64,000 nt of DNA, from positions 2,818,343 to 2,882,342 of the forward strand of contig NC_057720.1 of assembly GCF_004010195.1 (NCBI RefSeq), read 5' to 3'. Below are positions 26,401 to 38,067 of the stretch, piece by piece. A model generated the notes under the pieces. It did not search any database. It was not told where the DNA came from and saw nothing but the letters and a program-made list of their open reading frames with translations. The translations under genes were made by a program, and so were the position numbers. Source of the stretch: Chiloscyllium plagiosum. Taxonomy: Eukaryota. Each line of letters starts with the position of its first letter. Position 1 is the first letter of the stretch.

Positions 26401-29400
26401 TGCCCCTTGAGAAGGTGGGGGTGAGCTGCCTTCTTAAAGCGCTGTAGTCCATGTGCTGGAGGTAGACCCACAATGCCCTTAGGGAGGGAATTCCAGGATT
26501 CTGACCCAGTGACACTGAAGGAATGGCAATATATTTGCAAGTCAGGATGGTGAGTGGATTGGAGGGGAATGTGCAGGGTGTGGTGCTACTGTCATGGATA
26601 AATCCAGTCACAAATTCAGGACAAATGTCTGTCCCCTGGAGAGTCAGGAGAATGTGGAACTCGCTCCCTAGGGAATTGCTGAGGTGAATCAAGTCAATAT
26701 GTTTAAAAAGCAGCTGGAAAAAACACTGTGGGAATGGGAACAGACATGAAGGATATGCTGATGGAGTTCAGTGAAAGGGGCTGGGTAGAGGGTTCATGCA
26801 CATTAACGCCGATTGAATGGCAGGTTTCTCTTCTCGAGATCTAAAATAAAAACAGAAATTGCTGTAAAAACTCAGCAGCTCTGGTAGCATCTGTGAGGAG
26901 AAAGCAGAGTTAATGTTTCCAAGTCCAGTGGTGACTCTTCAGTTCTATTTCTGTTTCAGATTTCCAGCATCCGTAATTCTCAAGTTTTTCAGTTCTGGAG
27001 ATTCTACATTAACATTAAAAGGATATCATGTGTAGCTACTGGAACACTGTAACTTGGAAGTTTGGCTTGAGACTGAAGGCTGTCTCCCCTCTTCCCGGTT
27101 GCCAGATTGTTATTCATTGAGGTTTTGCAAACACTGCTATTGGCAGGGAGACAAGTGAAACACATTGAGTGATCTGAATAAAAAATGGTACATTTCCTAG
27201 AACTGCCTCAGGCACTCTCCAGTCTCCCTATGTTCTAATGCACTGTCAATTAGGAGAGAATGTTCTTTTAAACCGAGACAGAGATGCTTAATATAGGCTG
27301 TTTATCAAAGAGTAAAACAAAGTGTTGTAATCTAACTCCAGATGCTTTGTGAATAAATGCCAAATTTTGGTTCAAAATGCACTTAAATGAAGTTGCCTGA
27401 TATGAGCTTGGGGGTTATATAAAAAAAACATGAGGGGGTGGTCAAAACATGATTCTGTGTTAAGGGCTAGTCTGAATACAGTGGACTCAGTGGCATCGCC
27501 TAGGTTGTGTGTTGATAGGATTACTTTACCATTACAGAGTTCTGTTGTTTTGAATAAAAATTGAAAGAACTGCAGATGCTGGAAATCAGAAACAAAAACT
27601 GAAATTGCTGGAAAAGCTCAGCAGGTCTGGCAGCATCTGTGGAGAAAAATCAGAGAACTGAGAACTTCAGAACTGAGAAAGGGTCACTGGACCTGAAACT
27701 TCAACTCTGATTTCTCTGCACAGATGCAGCCAAACCTGTTGAGCTTTTCCAGCAATTTCTGTTTTAACTCCTTTGTTTTATCGCCCTTAGAGGTAATGCG
27801 TCTAAGATTGTACAGAGTGTTCTGATCTTTGAGGTGATATAGCTAGGCTGTGAGAACAAGGAAGAGGCAAAAGCACTTTTATCTTTGACCACACTGTTCA
27901 GGGTCTCCAGAACAAAGAACGAGTGAGCTGATAGCTCTTCCTCATTTGAACTAAGCTTGGTGGCTTTTGGGAGCTCCTCAGAGTGCAGTGTTTATCCTCA
28001 GAGCCCCTGGTTCAGAGTGTAAGTAGGTAAAAACAATGATTGCAGATGCTGGAAACCAGATTCTGGATTAGAGGTGCTGGAAGAGCACAGCAGTTCAGGC
28101 AGCATCCGAGGAGCAGTAAAATCGACGTTTCAGGCAAAAGTGTATGGTCCTTTGTGCATTCTTACCCCTGAACCAACAGCACACTGACTGTGTGGATTTG
28201 CAAACACTTGGTAGAGCAAGGAAATGCAATTTAGCCCAGAATCTGTCACTATGGAACAGAGAGGTCCATATCTAGACCACGACCTGAGTGATTCACATTC
28301 CTCATCCCAATGCTGTGCCATTGTCCAGAGTTGAGGAGCACTGGATTGTGAACGTCCAACCAGGAGGCACTCTGGCGCAATCTGCTTCTTTCCTCAAAGA
28401 ATGTTGCTGATTTCGTGAGATCTGCTCTCGTTTTTCGAATCATCAGACAGCACATAAGACCTTTGGGAAAAGGAGCAGGATAGGCCATTCAGCCCATCAA
28501 GTGTGCTCCACCATTTAGTGATCTGATAGAATGTCATACATTACAGCACGGGAACAGCCCTTTGCCCCACCATGCCTGTGCTGACCACTATGCTTTTCTA
28601 AGCTAATCCCATCTGCCTGCACATGATCCATATTCCTGTATTCCCTGCCTGTTCATGTGTCTGTCTAAATGCCTCTTAAAGGTTGCTAACATGTCTGCTT
28701 CGACCACCTCCCCTTGCAGCGTGCTCCAAGCACTTACCACCCTCTGTGTGAGAAACCCACCTCACACATCTCCCCTCACCTTCAACCTAGGCCCCTAGTA
28801 TTGGACATTTCCACTCTGGGAAAAAGACTCTGACTATCCACCCCATGAATGCCTCTCAAACTTCTATACACTTCTATCAGCTCACCCCCTCAGCCTCTGA
28901 TGCTCTAGTGAAAACAGAGGGAAAAATCACACACCAGGCTATTAGATTAGATTACTTTTTAGATTAGATTACTTACAGTGTGGAAACAGGCCCTTCGGCC
29001 CAACAAGTCCACACCGACCCGCCGAAGCGCAACCCACCCATACCCCTACCTTTACCCCTTTAACCTAACACTACGGGCAATTTAGCATGGCCAATTCACC
29101 TGACCCGCACATCTTTGGACTGTGGGAGGAAACCCACGCAGACACGGGGAGAATGTGCAAACTCCACACAGTCAGTCGCCTGAGTCGGGAATTGAACCCG
29201 GGTCTACAGGCGCTGTGAGGCAGCAGTGCTAACCACTGGGCCACCGTGCCGCTATAGTCCAACAGGTTTATTTGGAAGCACTAGCTTTCAGAGCACTGCT
29301 CCTTCATCAGGTAACTAGTGAGGCAAGATCATAAGACACAGAATTTATAGTAAAAAATCACAGTGTCATGCAACTGAAATGATATATTGAACAAACTTAA

Positions 29401-32400
29401 CAGCAATCTAAATCTTTCATCTTTTAGAATGGGTTGCAGGTTTCGATTCATTAATATGTAAATCCCAGAATTTCTTTCAAGTCACATTCTCAAGATAAGT
29501 TAAGGCTTTATAAAAAAGGTGACATCTCAGCTCAGACACTATTACAGGTGTGAGGTTAGTGTTTGTCTTTATCCCAATCTTGAGTCAGACTGGTGCTATT
29601 TCCAAAGTAGGAATTTATAAAATGTTACATGGATTGACTGGCTGCATTGACTGCCTGTAGGTTGTGTGCTTTTTGAGCAAAATAGAATACATCTGCAAAT
29701 ATAATTCAGCAAATGCAAATTCACCCCATCAACTTATATGTGTATGTGTGTGCACATGAGGGAAAGAGAGAGTGTGCATATGAGTGTGTGTGTGTGTGAG
29801 TGAGTGCACGTGAGAGTGTGTGTTTGTGGGTGTGCCTGCTTGGTAGAGTGTGTATGAGTGTGATAGAGTATAAACCTGTGAGAGGCTGTGTGCGTGGGTG
29901 AGTGTGGGGGCTGTATGTGTGTGTGTGTGTCTGAGAGAGAGTCTGTGTGACTGTGTGAGTATGTAAGTGTGTGTGTGTGTATATGTTGGGGGGGGGAGGG
30001 GGAGCGTGTTGTGGGCGTGTGATGTAGTGGGGTCACCTGTAGTGTGACATGAACCCAAAGACCTGGTTGAGGCCATCCTCATGGGTACTGAACTTGGCTA
30101 CCAGCCTCTACTCGGCCACTCTGTGTTGTTGCATACTCTGAAGTCTGCCTTGGAGGATGGTCACCTGAAGACCTGAGGCCAAATGTCCCAGACTGCTGAA
30201 GTGTTCCCCAACTGAGAGGGAACACCCCTGTCTGGTGAGTGTTGCACAGTGTCCTTTGATCCGTTGTCGTAGCGTCTGCTCGGTCTCACCAATGTATCAT
30301 GCCTCGGGGCATCCTTGCCTGTAGTGTACGAGATAGACAACGTTGGCCGAGTCACATGAGTACCTACCGTGTACATGGTGGGCAGTGTGCCCATGTGAAA
30401 TAATGGTATCCATGTTGATACTCTGACACGTATTGCAGTGGTTGCCATGACAGGGTTATACTAGTGAAGACAATCCAAGTCTGCCCAATCTCTCCTTCTA
30501 GCTAACACACTCCAGTCCAGGCAATATTCTGGTAAACCTCTTTTGCAGCCTCTCCAAAGCCTCCACATCCTTCCTGTAGTATGGTGATCAGAACTGCACA
30601 CATTATTTCAAAAGTGGCCTAACTAAAGTTTTCGACAGCTGCAACATGACTTACCAACATTTGTACTCAGTGCCCCGACCTATGAAGGCAAGTGTGCCAT
30701 ACGTCTTCTTTCCACCTTATCCACTATGTTGCCACTTTCCGGGAGCTATGGATTTATATCCCAACATCTCTCTTACATCAGTGCTCCTAAGGGTCCTACC
30801 ATTTACTGTATACATTCCTATGGACTTGACTTTTCGAAATGCATCACCTCACACTTGCCTGGATTAAACTCCATCTGCCATCACTCTGCCCAACTTTGTG
30901 ACTGCTCTATATCCTGCTATATCCTTTGACAACATTCCTCACTATCCACAACTCCACTATTTTATGGTCATCTGCAATCAGACCACTGACATTTTCATTC
31001 AAATTGTTTATATAAATTATAAACAACAGACTGCCAGCACTGATGCTTGCAGAACACCACTGGTCACAGATCTTCAGTCAGAGAAAACTCCCCTCCACAG
31101 CGACCCTCTGTCTTCTTGATCAGGCCAACTTTGTATCCACTGTGGACCCCAGCTGAGTTAATCTTTAGCATATCACGTTGGAACCTGTCAAATGCTTTAG
31201 TACAGTCCATGTAGACAACATCTAACTGCCCACCCTCACCAATCACTTTATCACTTTCTTAAAAAAAACACAATCAAGATCTCCCTTGCATAACGCCATG
31301 TTGATTACCCGTAAAAAGTCAGTACTTCTGCAAATGCAAGTATATCCTGTCCCTAAGAATCTTCTCCAATAATTTCCCTAGCACTGATGTAAGGCTCACC
31401 AGCCTTTAATTTCCTGGATTATCCCGATTTCTCTTCTTAAAGAAAGGAACAACGTGTTCATTCTCCCATCTTCTGGAACTTTGCCTGTGGCTAAAGAGTA
31501 TATAAAGAGTCCATTCTATTTGTAGTCATTAGGATGATATCTTTGAGCATTTGATTGCTGAGGTGGAGGGTTAGCAGCCTCAGTATTTTACCATGAGCAC
31601 TATTTGAATGACCAATACACGGCATGTGATTCCTCTCATTGTTTGGTTTAAGGAGGAAACCAAAGGAAATGCAGAGCAGGCGCTATGGTTACCCAGCTTA
31701 TAAATTCTGTTTTTGAAAAATGTGGATGAGGGAGACCATCGCAAACAAACACCAAAGCAATTGTTTGCAATTGAATGTAGCAACTGTCAAAGTGTACAGA
31801 GCAATAAACATTAACAGTTAACTGCAGAACAATGTGTTTATTAGGGCACAGAACCAATTTAATGAGAACGCTCTGTGATTCCAGTGTTTATCCAAGAGTC
31901 GATGCATTTGTATTAAAAAATGAATGATTAGAATCTACTCTGATTTTTATGGGTATTAGCCTCTGGGATTCTAAGCTTCTCATGTGAGTGTGAGTGACAG
32001 GATCTATCACAGCATCAGGACTAAGACAATGGGCCAAATGGCCTCTTCGTACATCGTAATGTTCTCTGATTTTTACTTTTTTTGGGTAAGGTGGTGTTTA
32101 TTTATTACAAGTATTGTCCATCTCTAGTTGCCCCTTGTGCAGCTGAGTGACTCAATTGGCCACTTCAGTGGGAATTAAGATCCAACCATGTTGGAGTGAA
32201 TCTGGAGACATGTTGATATTCGGTGGGGTGTGGGTGCCACTGGCTGGGCCAGCATTTATCGGCTGTCCCTAATTGCCCCTTGAGAAGCTGCTGGTGAGCT
32301 GCCTTCTGACGCTGCTTCAGTCCATGTGCCGTTGGACCACGGTGCATCATCTCAGAATGCAGGGTCTCAAATTTAGGACGCAAATGAGGAGGAATTCTTT

Positions 32401-35400
32401 ACTGCAGTGCTGTTGACGCTGGGCCGTTAAGTATTTTCAAAACTGAAAATAATAGATTTTGAAACCATAAGAAAATTGAGGGTTGTGAGGGGAAGGACAG
32501 GAAGGAGTTTGAGGATGATCAGATCGGCCGTGACCTCATTGAATAGCAGAGCAGACTCGATGGGCTGAATGGCCTGTTTCTGTTTCGACATCCTGTTGTC
32601 TTATGGATTTATAAAAGCTCCATGAATCCAAAAAGGTGGAGATTGGGTCAAAAATTGGAAACGAGTCAGGAAAGGCTGTTTCCCATCGGGCTCCACATAA
32701 GTAAGAGGGTCAATGCTGCTGTGACTCTAAGGTCATTGGTCTGGGGATGTGGGTTTTAAACTCTCCATGGCAAAGGCTGGGATTTCCATTTAATTCATAA
32801 ATCTGATTATAAATCTGATGATCATAACATCTATCATCATCCATCCTGAAAAGCCCAATCATTTGGGTCGCCAATGTCCTTTAAGGAAGGAAATCTACAG
32901 TCCTCGCTTTGGCAGGGCGGTGTGGACTTGTTGGGCCGAAGGGCCTGTTTCCACACTGTAAGTAATCTAATCTAATCTAATCTAATTTGGGTCGCCAATG
33001 TCCTTTAAGGAAGGAAATCTACAGTCCTGACCCGGTCTGGACTACTTGTGACTCCAGACCCACAGCAGTGGTGTTGACGCCAAACTGTTTTGGATGAATT
33101 GGTAACAAATTCCATGTGGGCTACAAAACAATGAAGACAATGAAATTCCGCTCTCTTTCTCTGGCATCATTTTGAGGAGATGTGTTTGGTTTTCACAATA
33201 TCTATTGGTTGGGTTCAGCCAGCAGCTCTGAAATGCACCAAAATAAAACACCCAACCAATAAACTCACTCCTGCCAAACTGGCAAATCAAGGCTGACATT
33301 AATCCCCTTGTTGTTGTTTCCTTTGACAGGGCTACATGGGACCTCCAGGTTTACCCGGTCCTGTCGGAGAACAGGGACAGCGAGTGAGTAAATCTTTCTT
33401 ACACTAAAGTAACCGAAATTCTCAGCTTAAATCTCATTTCAGTTCAGCTCCACTCTCCCGCAGTGAGTGGAATAATGAAGCGGGTGAGAAGGCAGTCAGT
33501 TCCTGCTCCTGATCTTCAAGTTGCTCCATTGTCTGTGTGAAACTCAAGGCTCCATAGTCGATGATGCCCTCCAACACATCTCCTCGAATTCTCGCACCTC
33601 TGCCCTTGAACCTCACCCCTAGATTAGAGTGGTGCTGGAAAAGCACAGCAGGTCAGGCAGCAACCGAGGAGCAGGGAAATCGACGTTTCGGGCAAAAGCC
33701 CTTCATCAGGATTAGAGGCAGGGTGCCTGCAGGGTGGAGAGATAAATGAGAGGATGGTTGGGGTGGAGAGAAAGTAGCATAGAGTACAATAGGTGAATGG
33801 GGGTGAGGATGGAGGTGATAGGTCAGAGGGGAGGGTGGGGGAAGGTAGCAAAGAGTAAATGGGTGAATGGGGATGGGGATGAAGGTGATAGGTCAGGGAG
33901 GAGGGTGGAGTGGATAGGTGGGAAGGAAGATGCTCCTGCCCCATTGAACCCCATCCCTCCAATCACAACAAGGACAGAACCCCCTGGTCCTCACCTTCCA
34001 CCCCAACAACCTCACATCATCCTCTGTCACTTCCACCATCTACAAACAGACTCCATCACCAGAGATATATTTCCCTCCCCACCCATATCTGCACTCCGTA
34101 AAGACCTTTCCTCCCTTGTCAGGTCCATGCCCCCCACCCTCCCGTCCTGGCACCTTCCCCTGCCACCGCAGGAAGTGCAAAACCTGCGCCCACACCTCCC
34201 CCCTCACCTCCACCCAGGGCCCCACAAGATCCTTCCACATCCAGCAGAGATTTACCTGCAATTCTACACACGTCATCCACTTTGTCCGTTGCTCCTGATG
34301 TGGTCTCCTCTACATCGGGGAGACAGGACGCCAACTTGTGAACTGTTTCAGAGAACATCTCTGGGACACCCACACCAACTAACCCCATAGCCCCGTGGCC
34401 GAACACTTCCGCTCCCCCTCCCACTTCGCCAAGGACATGCAGGTCCTGGGCCTCTTCCACCGCCAAACCCTAACCACCCAACACCTGAAGGAAGAACACC
34501 TCATATTCTGCCTTGGAACCCTCCAACCACATGGGATTAATGTGGATTTCCCCACTTTCCTCATTTCCCCTCCCCCCACCTTATCCCAGATCCAACCTTC
34601 CAACTCAGCATTGCCCTCTTGATCTGTCCATCTCCCCTCCCACCTATCTGCTCCACCCTCTTCTCCAACCTATCACCATCATCCCCACCTTCATCTACCT
34701 ATCACATTCTCAGCTATCATCCCTCCAGCCTCACCACCCTCCCATTTATCTCTCAGCCCACCAGCCACAAACCTCATTCCTGATTATGCCCGAAACGTCA
34801 ACTCTTCTGCTCCTCGGATGCTGCCTGGCCTGCTGTGTTTTTCCAGCACCACATTTTTCAACTCTGGTACTCCAGCATCTGCAGTCCTCACTTTCTCCTA
34901 GTTGATCTTAACCTACTGCGAATCCTCTTGAAAGGATGCCTCCCTTGAAGAAGCTCTCCTCCTCCCTCTACAAGGATCTCAGTGAGTCCCTCTCTCACTG
35001 CACCCCCCAGGTCATCTCCACTACGGGCAATTTACGTTGGCCAATTCACCTGACCTGCACATTTTTGGACTGTGGGAGGAAACCAGAGCACCCGGAAGAA
35101 ACCCACACAGACAATGATCAAACTCCACACAGACAGTTGCCTGAGGCTGGAATTGAACCCGGGTCTCTGGCGCTGTGAGGCAGCAGTGCTAACCACTGTG
35201 CCACCGTGCCTTACTTTTGGCTCATTTCCCTTAATAACTTAATTTATCCATCTCAATTTAAAACTAACAACTGATCCAGTATCCACGGCTGTTTGTGGAA
35301 GAGAGTGCCAAACTTTTCTCACTGTGTGTGTGTAAGTGCTTCCTAACATCTCTCCTGAATGCTCTGGCCCTAATTCTCAGACTATGCCCTTGGCTCTAGA

Positions 35401-38034
35401 ATCCCCAACCAGTGGGAATAGTTTATTTCTATTTATCCTGCCTTTTCCTGTTTATATCTTGAAGACTTTAATCAGGTCACCCTTAACCTTCTACATCCTA
35501 CAGAAAACAGGCCTCATTTGTATAATCTCTCCTCACTTAACCCTTGAACCCAAGCTACCTCAGTCAGTGAAATAATGCAGCAGTCAATGATTCATGAGCA
35601 CTTGAGTGATTGATAGAAGCTGCTGGTTCTTAGATCAGTGTCATCAATGGAACAGTCTGTGTCAACTCAAATTTATCAAATTTATTACAGTCTGAAAATA
35701 AGGGGCAAGCCATTCAGGTCTGAGATGAGGAAGAATTTCTTCACTCAGTGAGTTGTGAATTTGTGGAATTCTCTGCCACAGCGAGTTATTGGGGCCAAAT
35801 TATTAGATATATTCAAGAGGGAGCTGGACATGATGCTTGCGGCTAAAGGGATCAAGGGGCATGGGGAAAGGGTGGGAATGGGACACTTAAGATTGTATGA
35901 TCAGCCAAGATCTTATTGAATGGTGGAGCAGGCTTGAAGGGCTGATTGGCCTACTCCTGCACTGATTTTCTGTGTTTCTATCAGGCCCCATTTTAACTCA
36001 GTGAGGCCCCTGCTAAATTAGGAGATAATGAGGATTGCAGAAGCTGGAGAGTCAGAGTTAATAAGGTGTGGCACTGGAAAAATCACAACAGGTCAGACAG
36101 CGTCCGAGGAGCAGGAGAGTTGACGTTTTGGGCACACATCGCTTTTTAAAACTTTTAATTCTGGGATGAATGCAGGCTTTGGTTTTCCTGTTAAAGAGAG
36201 ATCCATGGTGATGTTTTAGACTTGGATTCTTCAATTGGCTTGATGGTCCAAGTTGCTGAGCTATCTAACTCATTGGCCTCCGGTCATTCTCAAAAGGCCC
36301 AAACATGGGGAACACCTTTCACTTTATGGAGAGAGTCAGAAATAACGGCAGGTAGTGCCTGTCCTGCCCTTGGCTGGTTCCCCTCCCACCAGGGACCACG
36401 ATGCTATCTGCAACTCACCTAGATTAGATTCCCTACAGTGTGGAAACAGGCCCTTTGGCCCAACAAGTCCACACCGACCCTCCGAAGAGTAACCCACCCA
36501 GACCTATTTCCTAACACTATGGGCAATTTAGCATGGCCAATCCACCCTAACCTGCACATCTTTGGTCTGTGGGAGGAAACCGGAGCACCCGGAGGAAACC
36601 CACGCAGACAGAGGGAGAATGTGTAAACTCCACACAGACAGTCACCCAAGGCTGGAATCGAACCTGGGACCCTAGTGCTGTGAGGCAGCAGTGCTAACCA
36701 CTGAGCCACCATGTCGCCCCTGGGACTAGGAGAGCTGGTTATCTGTCTCCTCTGGGAGCTGGAGGATTTTACAAGTATCATAGAGAATCTGGTGACAATA
36801 ATGCCTCCAGCACAATCAATCCCAACCTCTTTAAGGTGAAGGATTGTATCCCTTTAACATTGAGATGGGAGGACAGGCAGCATCCGAGGAGCAGGAAAGT
36901 CGACATTTCAGGCAAAGGCCTTCCATCAGGAAGGCATTCCTGGCGAAGGCCTTTTGCCTGAAACGTCGATTTTCCTGCTCCTCAGATGCCGCCTGACCTG
37001 CTGTGCTTTTCCAGCACTACTCTAAGGTTGACTCTAATCTCCAGCATCTGCAGTATCCACTTTCGCCTCATCCCTTTTACCTTGTCTGGACATCCCCGCT
37101 CTGCTTTGCTGGACAGTGGTCCCATATAGGGGACATCTTCCTGACAAATTTGCAAAGCATTGTGGGAATGTGCGTCTCAGAAAGATGCTATTCTGTCCCT
37201 CATCTGTGGAGCAGTCATGTATGGTCTCCCATTCCTACTTTTTGACTGTAATCCAATGGGTTCCTCACCTTCATCCAGGTCATGACTGATCTTTCTCAGC
37301 ACCATTTTCCCAGACTATCCCTTGATGTCTCATATCACTCGAAAGATATTGGTGTCTGCCTTGAATGTACCACGGGATTGAGTGTTTAGAGCCCTCTGGG
37401 GCATCACCCTCTGAGTGAAGGCATTCCTTTCCACCTCTGTCCTAAACAGCCCCTTCTTTGGAGAAAAAAAAAAACTGGAAGATGCTGGAAATCCAGAACA
37501 AAGGCAGAAATTGCTGGAGAAACTCAGCAAAGTCTGGTGGCATCTGTGGAGAGAGTAAGCAGAGTTCTTGATTTAGGTGCAGTTTCAGGTTCACAACCAA
37601 TCTGAGGAAGGGTCACTGGACCTGAAATGTTAACTCTGCTTTCTCTCACCCTGCTGAGATTTTCCGTCTTTGTTCCCTCCTTCTGAGTTTCTGTCTGCAG
37701 CTTCAAGTCAGGATGGTAGCCAGTCAAACATTGGGCAGGCTGACCTCAATCTCATGTCACAGAATGCAGGAGGAGGCCATTCAGCCCATGGTGCCTGTAC
37801 CAGCCCTCTGAGCATGTGAACTCAGTGCCAATCTCCTGTCTTTTCTCTCATAACTCTGCCCACTGTTTCTATTTAAACTACCCATCTTGTACCTTCCAGC
37901 CCTGGATACCTAACCAGGTGTAATTGTTATATCTCACCAGGTGTTGCTTCTTTTGTAAAATGATTTAAAACTGTGCCATTTGATTCTTGATCAGTTTATG
38001 GTGGGGTTGGCCGTTGGTTTCTTGATGGGTTTGT

Positions 38035-38067
<33 letters not shown>

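Larger units (their letters stand above)
28530..31510 (-). mobile_element. CR1 LINE fragment (28530-28916 and 30461-31510) split by a Penelope-like element
   Basis: LINE sequence is continuous across ctagtgaaaaca/ctagtgaagaca; [12 protein letters not shown]. Confidence 0.8.

Noticed and set aside
29729..30082. His/Thr-rich ORFs
   Set aside because: Translation of the degenerate (CA/TG)n tract in the Penelope-like 3' region.
38035..38066. Long poly-G run as a G-quadruplex element
   Set aside because: Homopolymer length is unreliable and may be a sequencing artefact; nothing else supports function.
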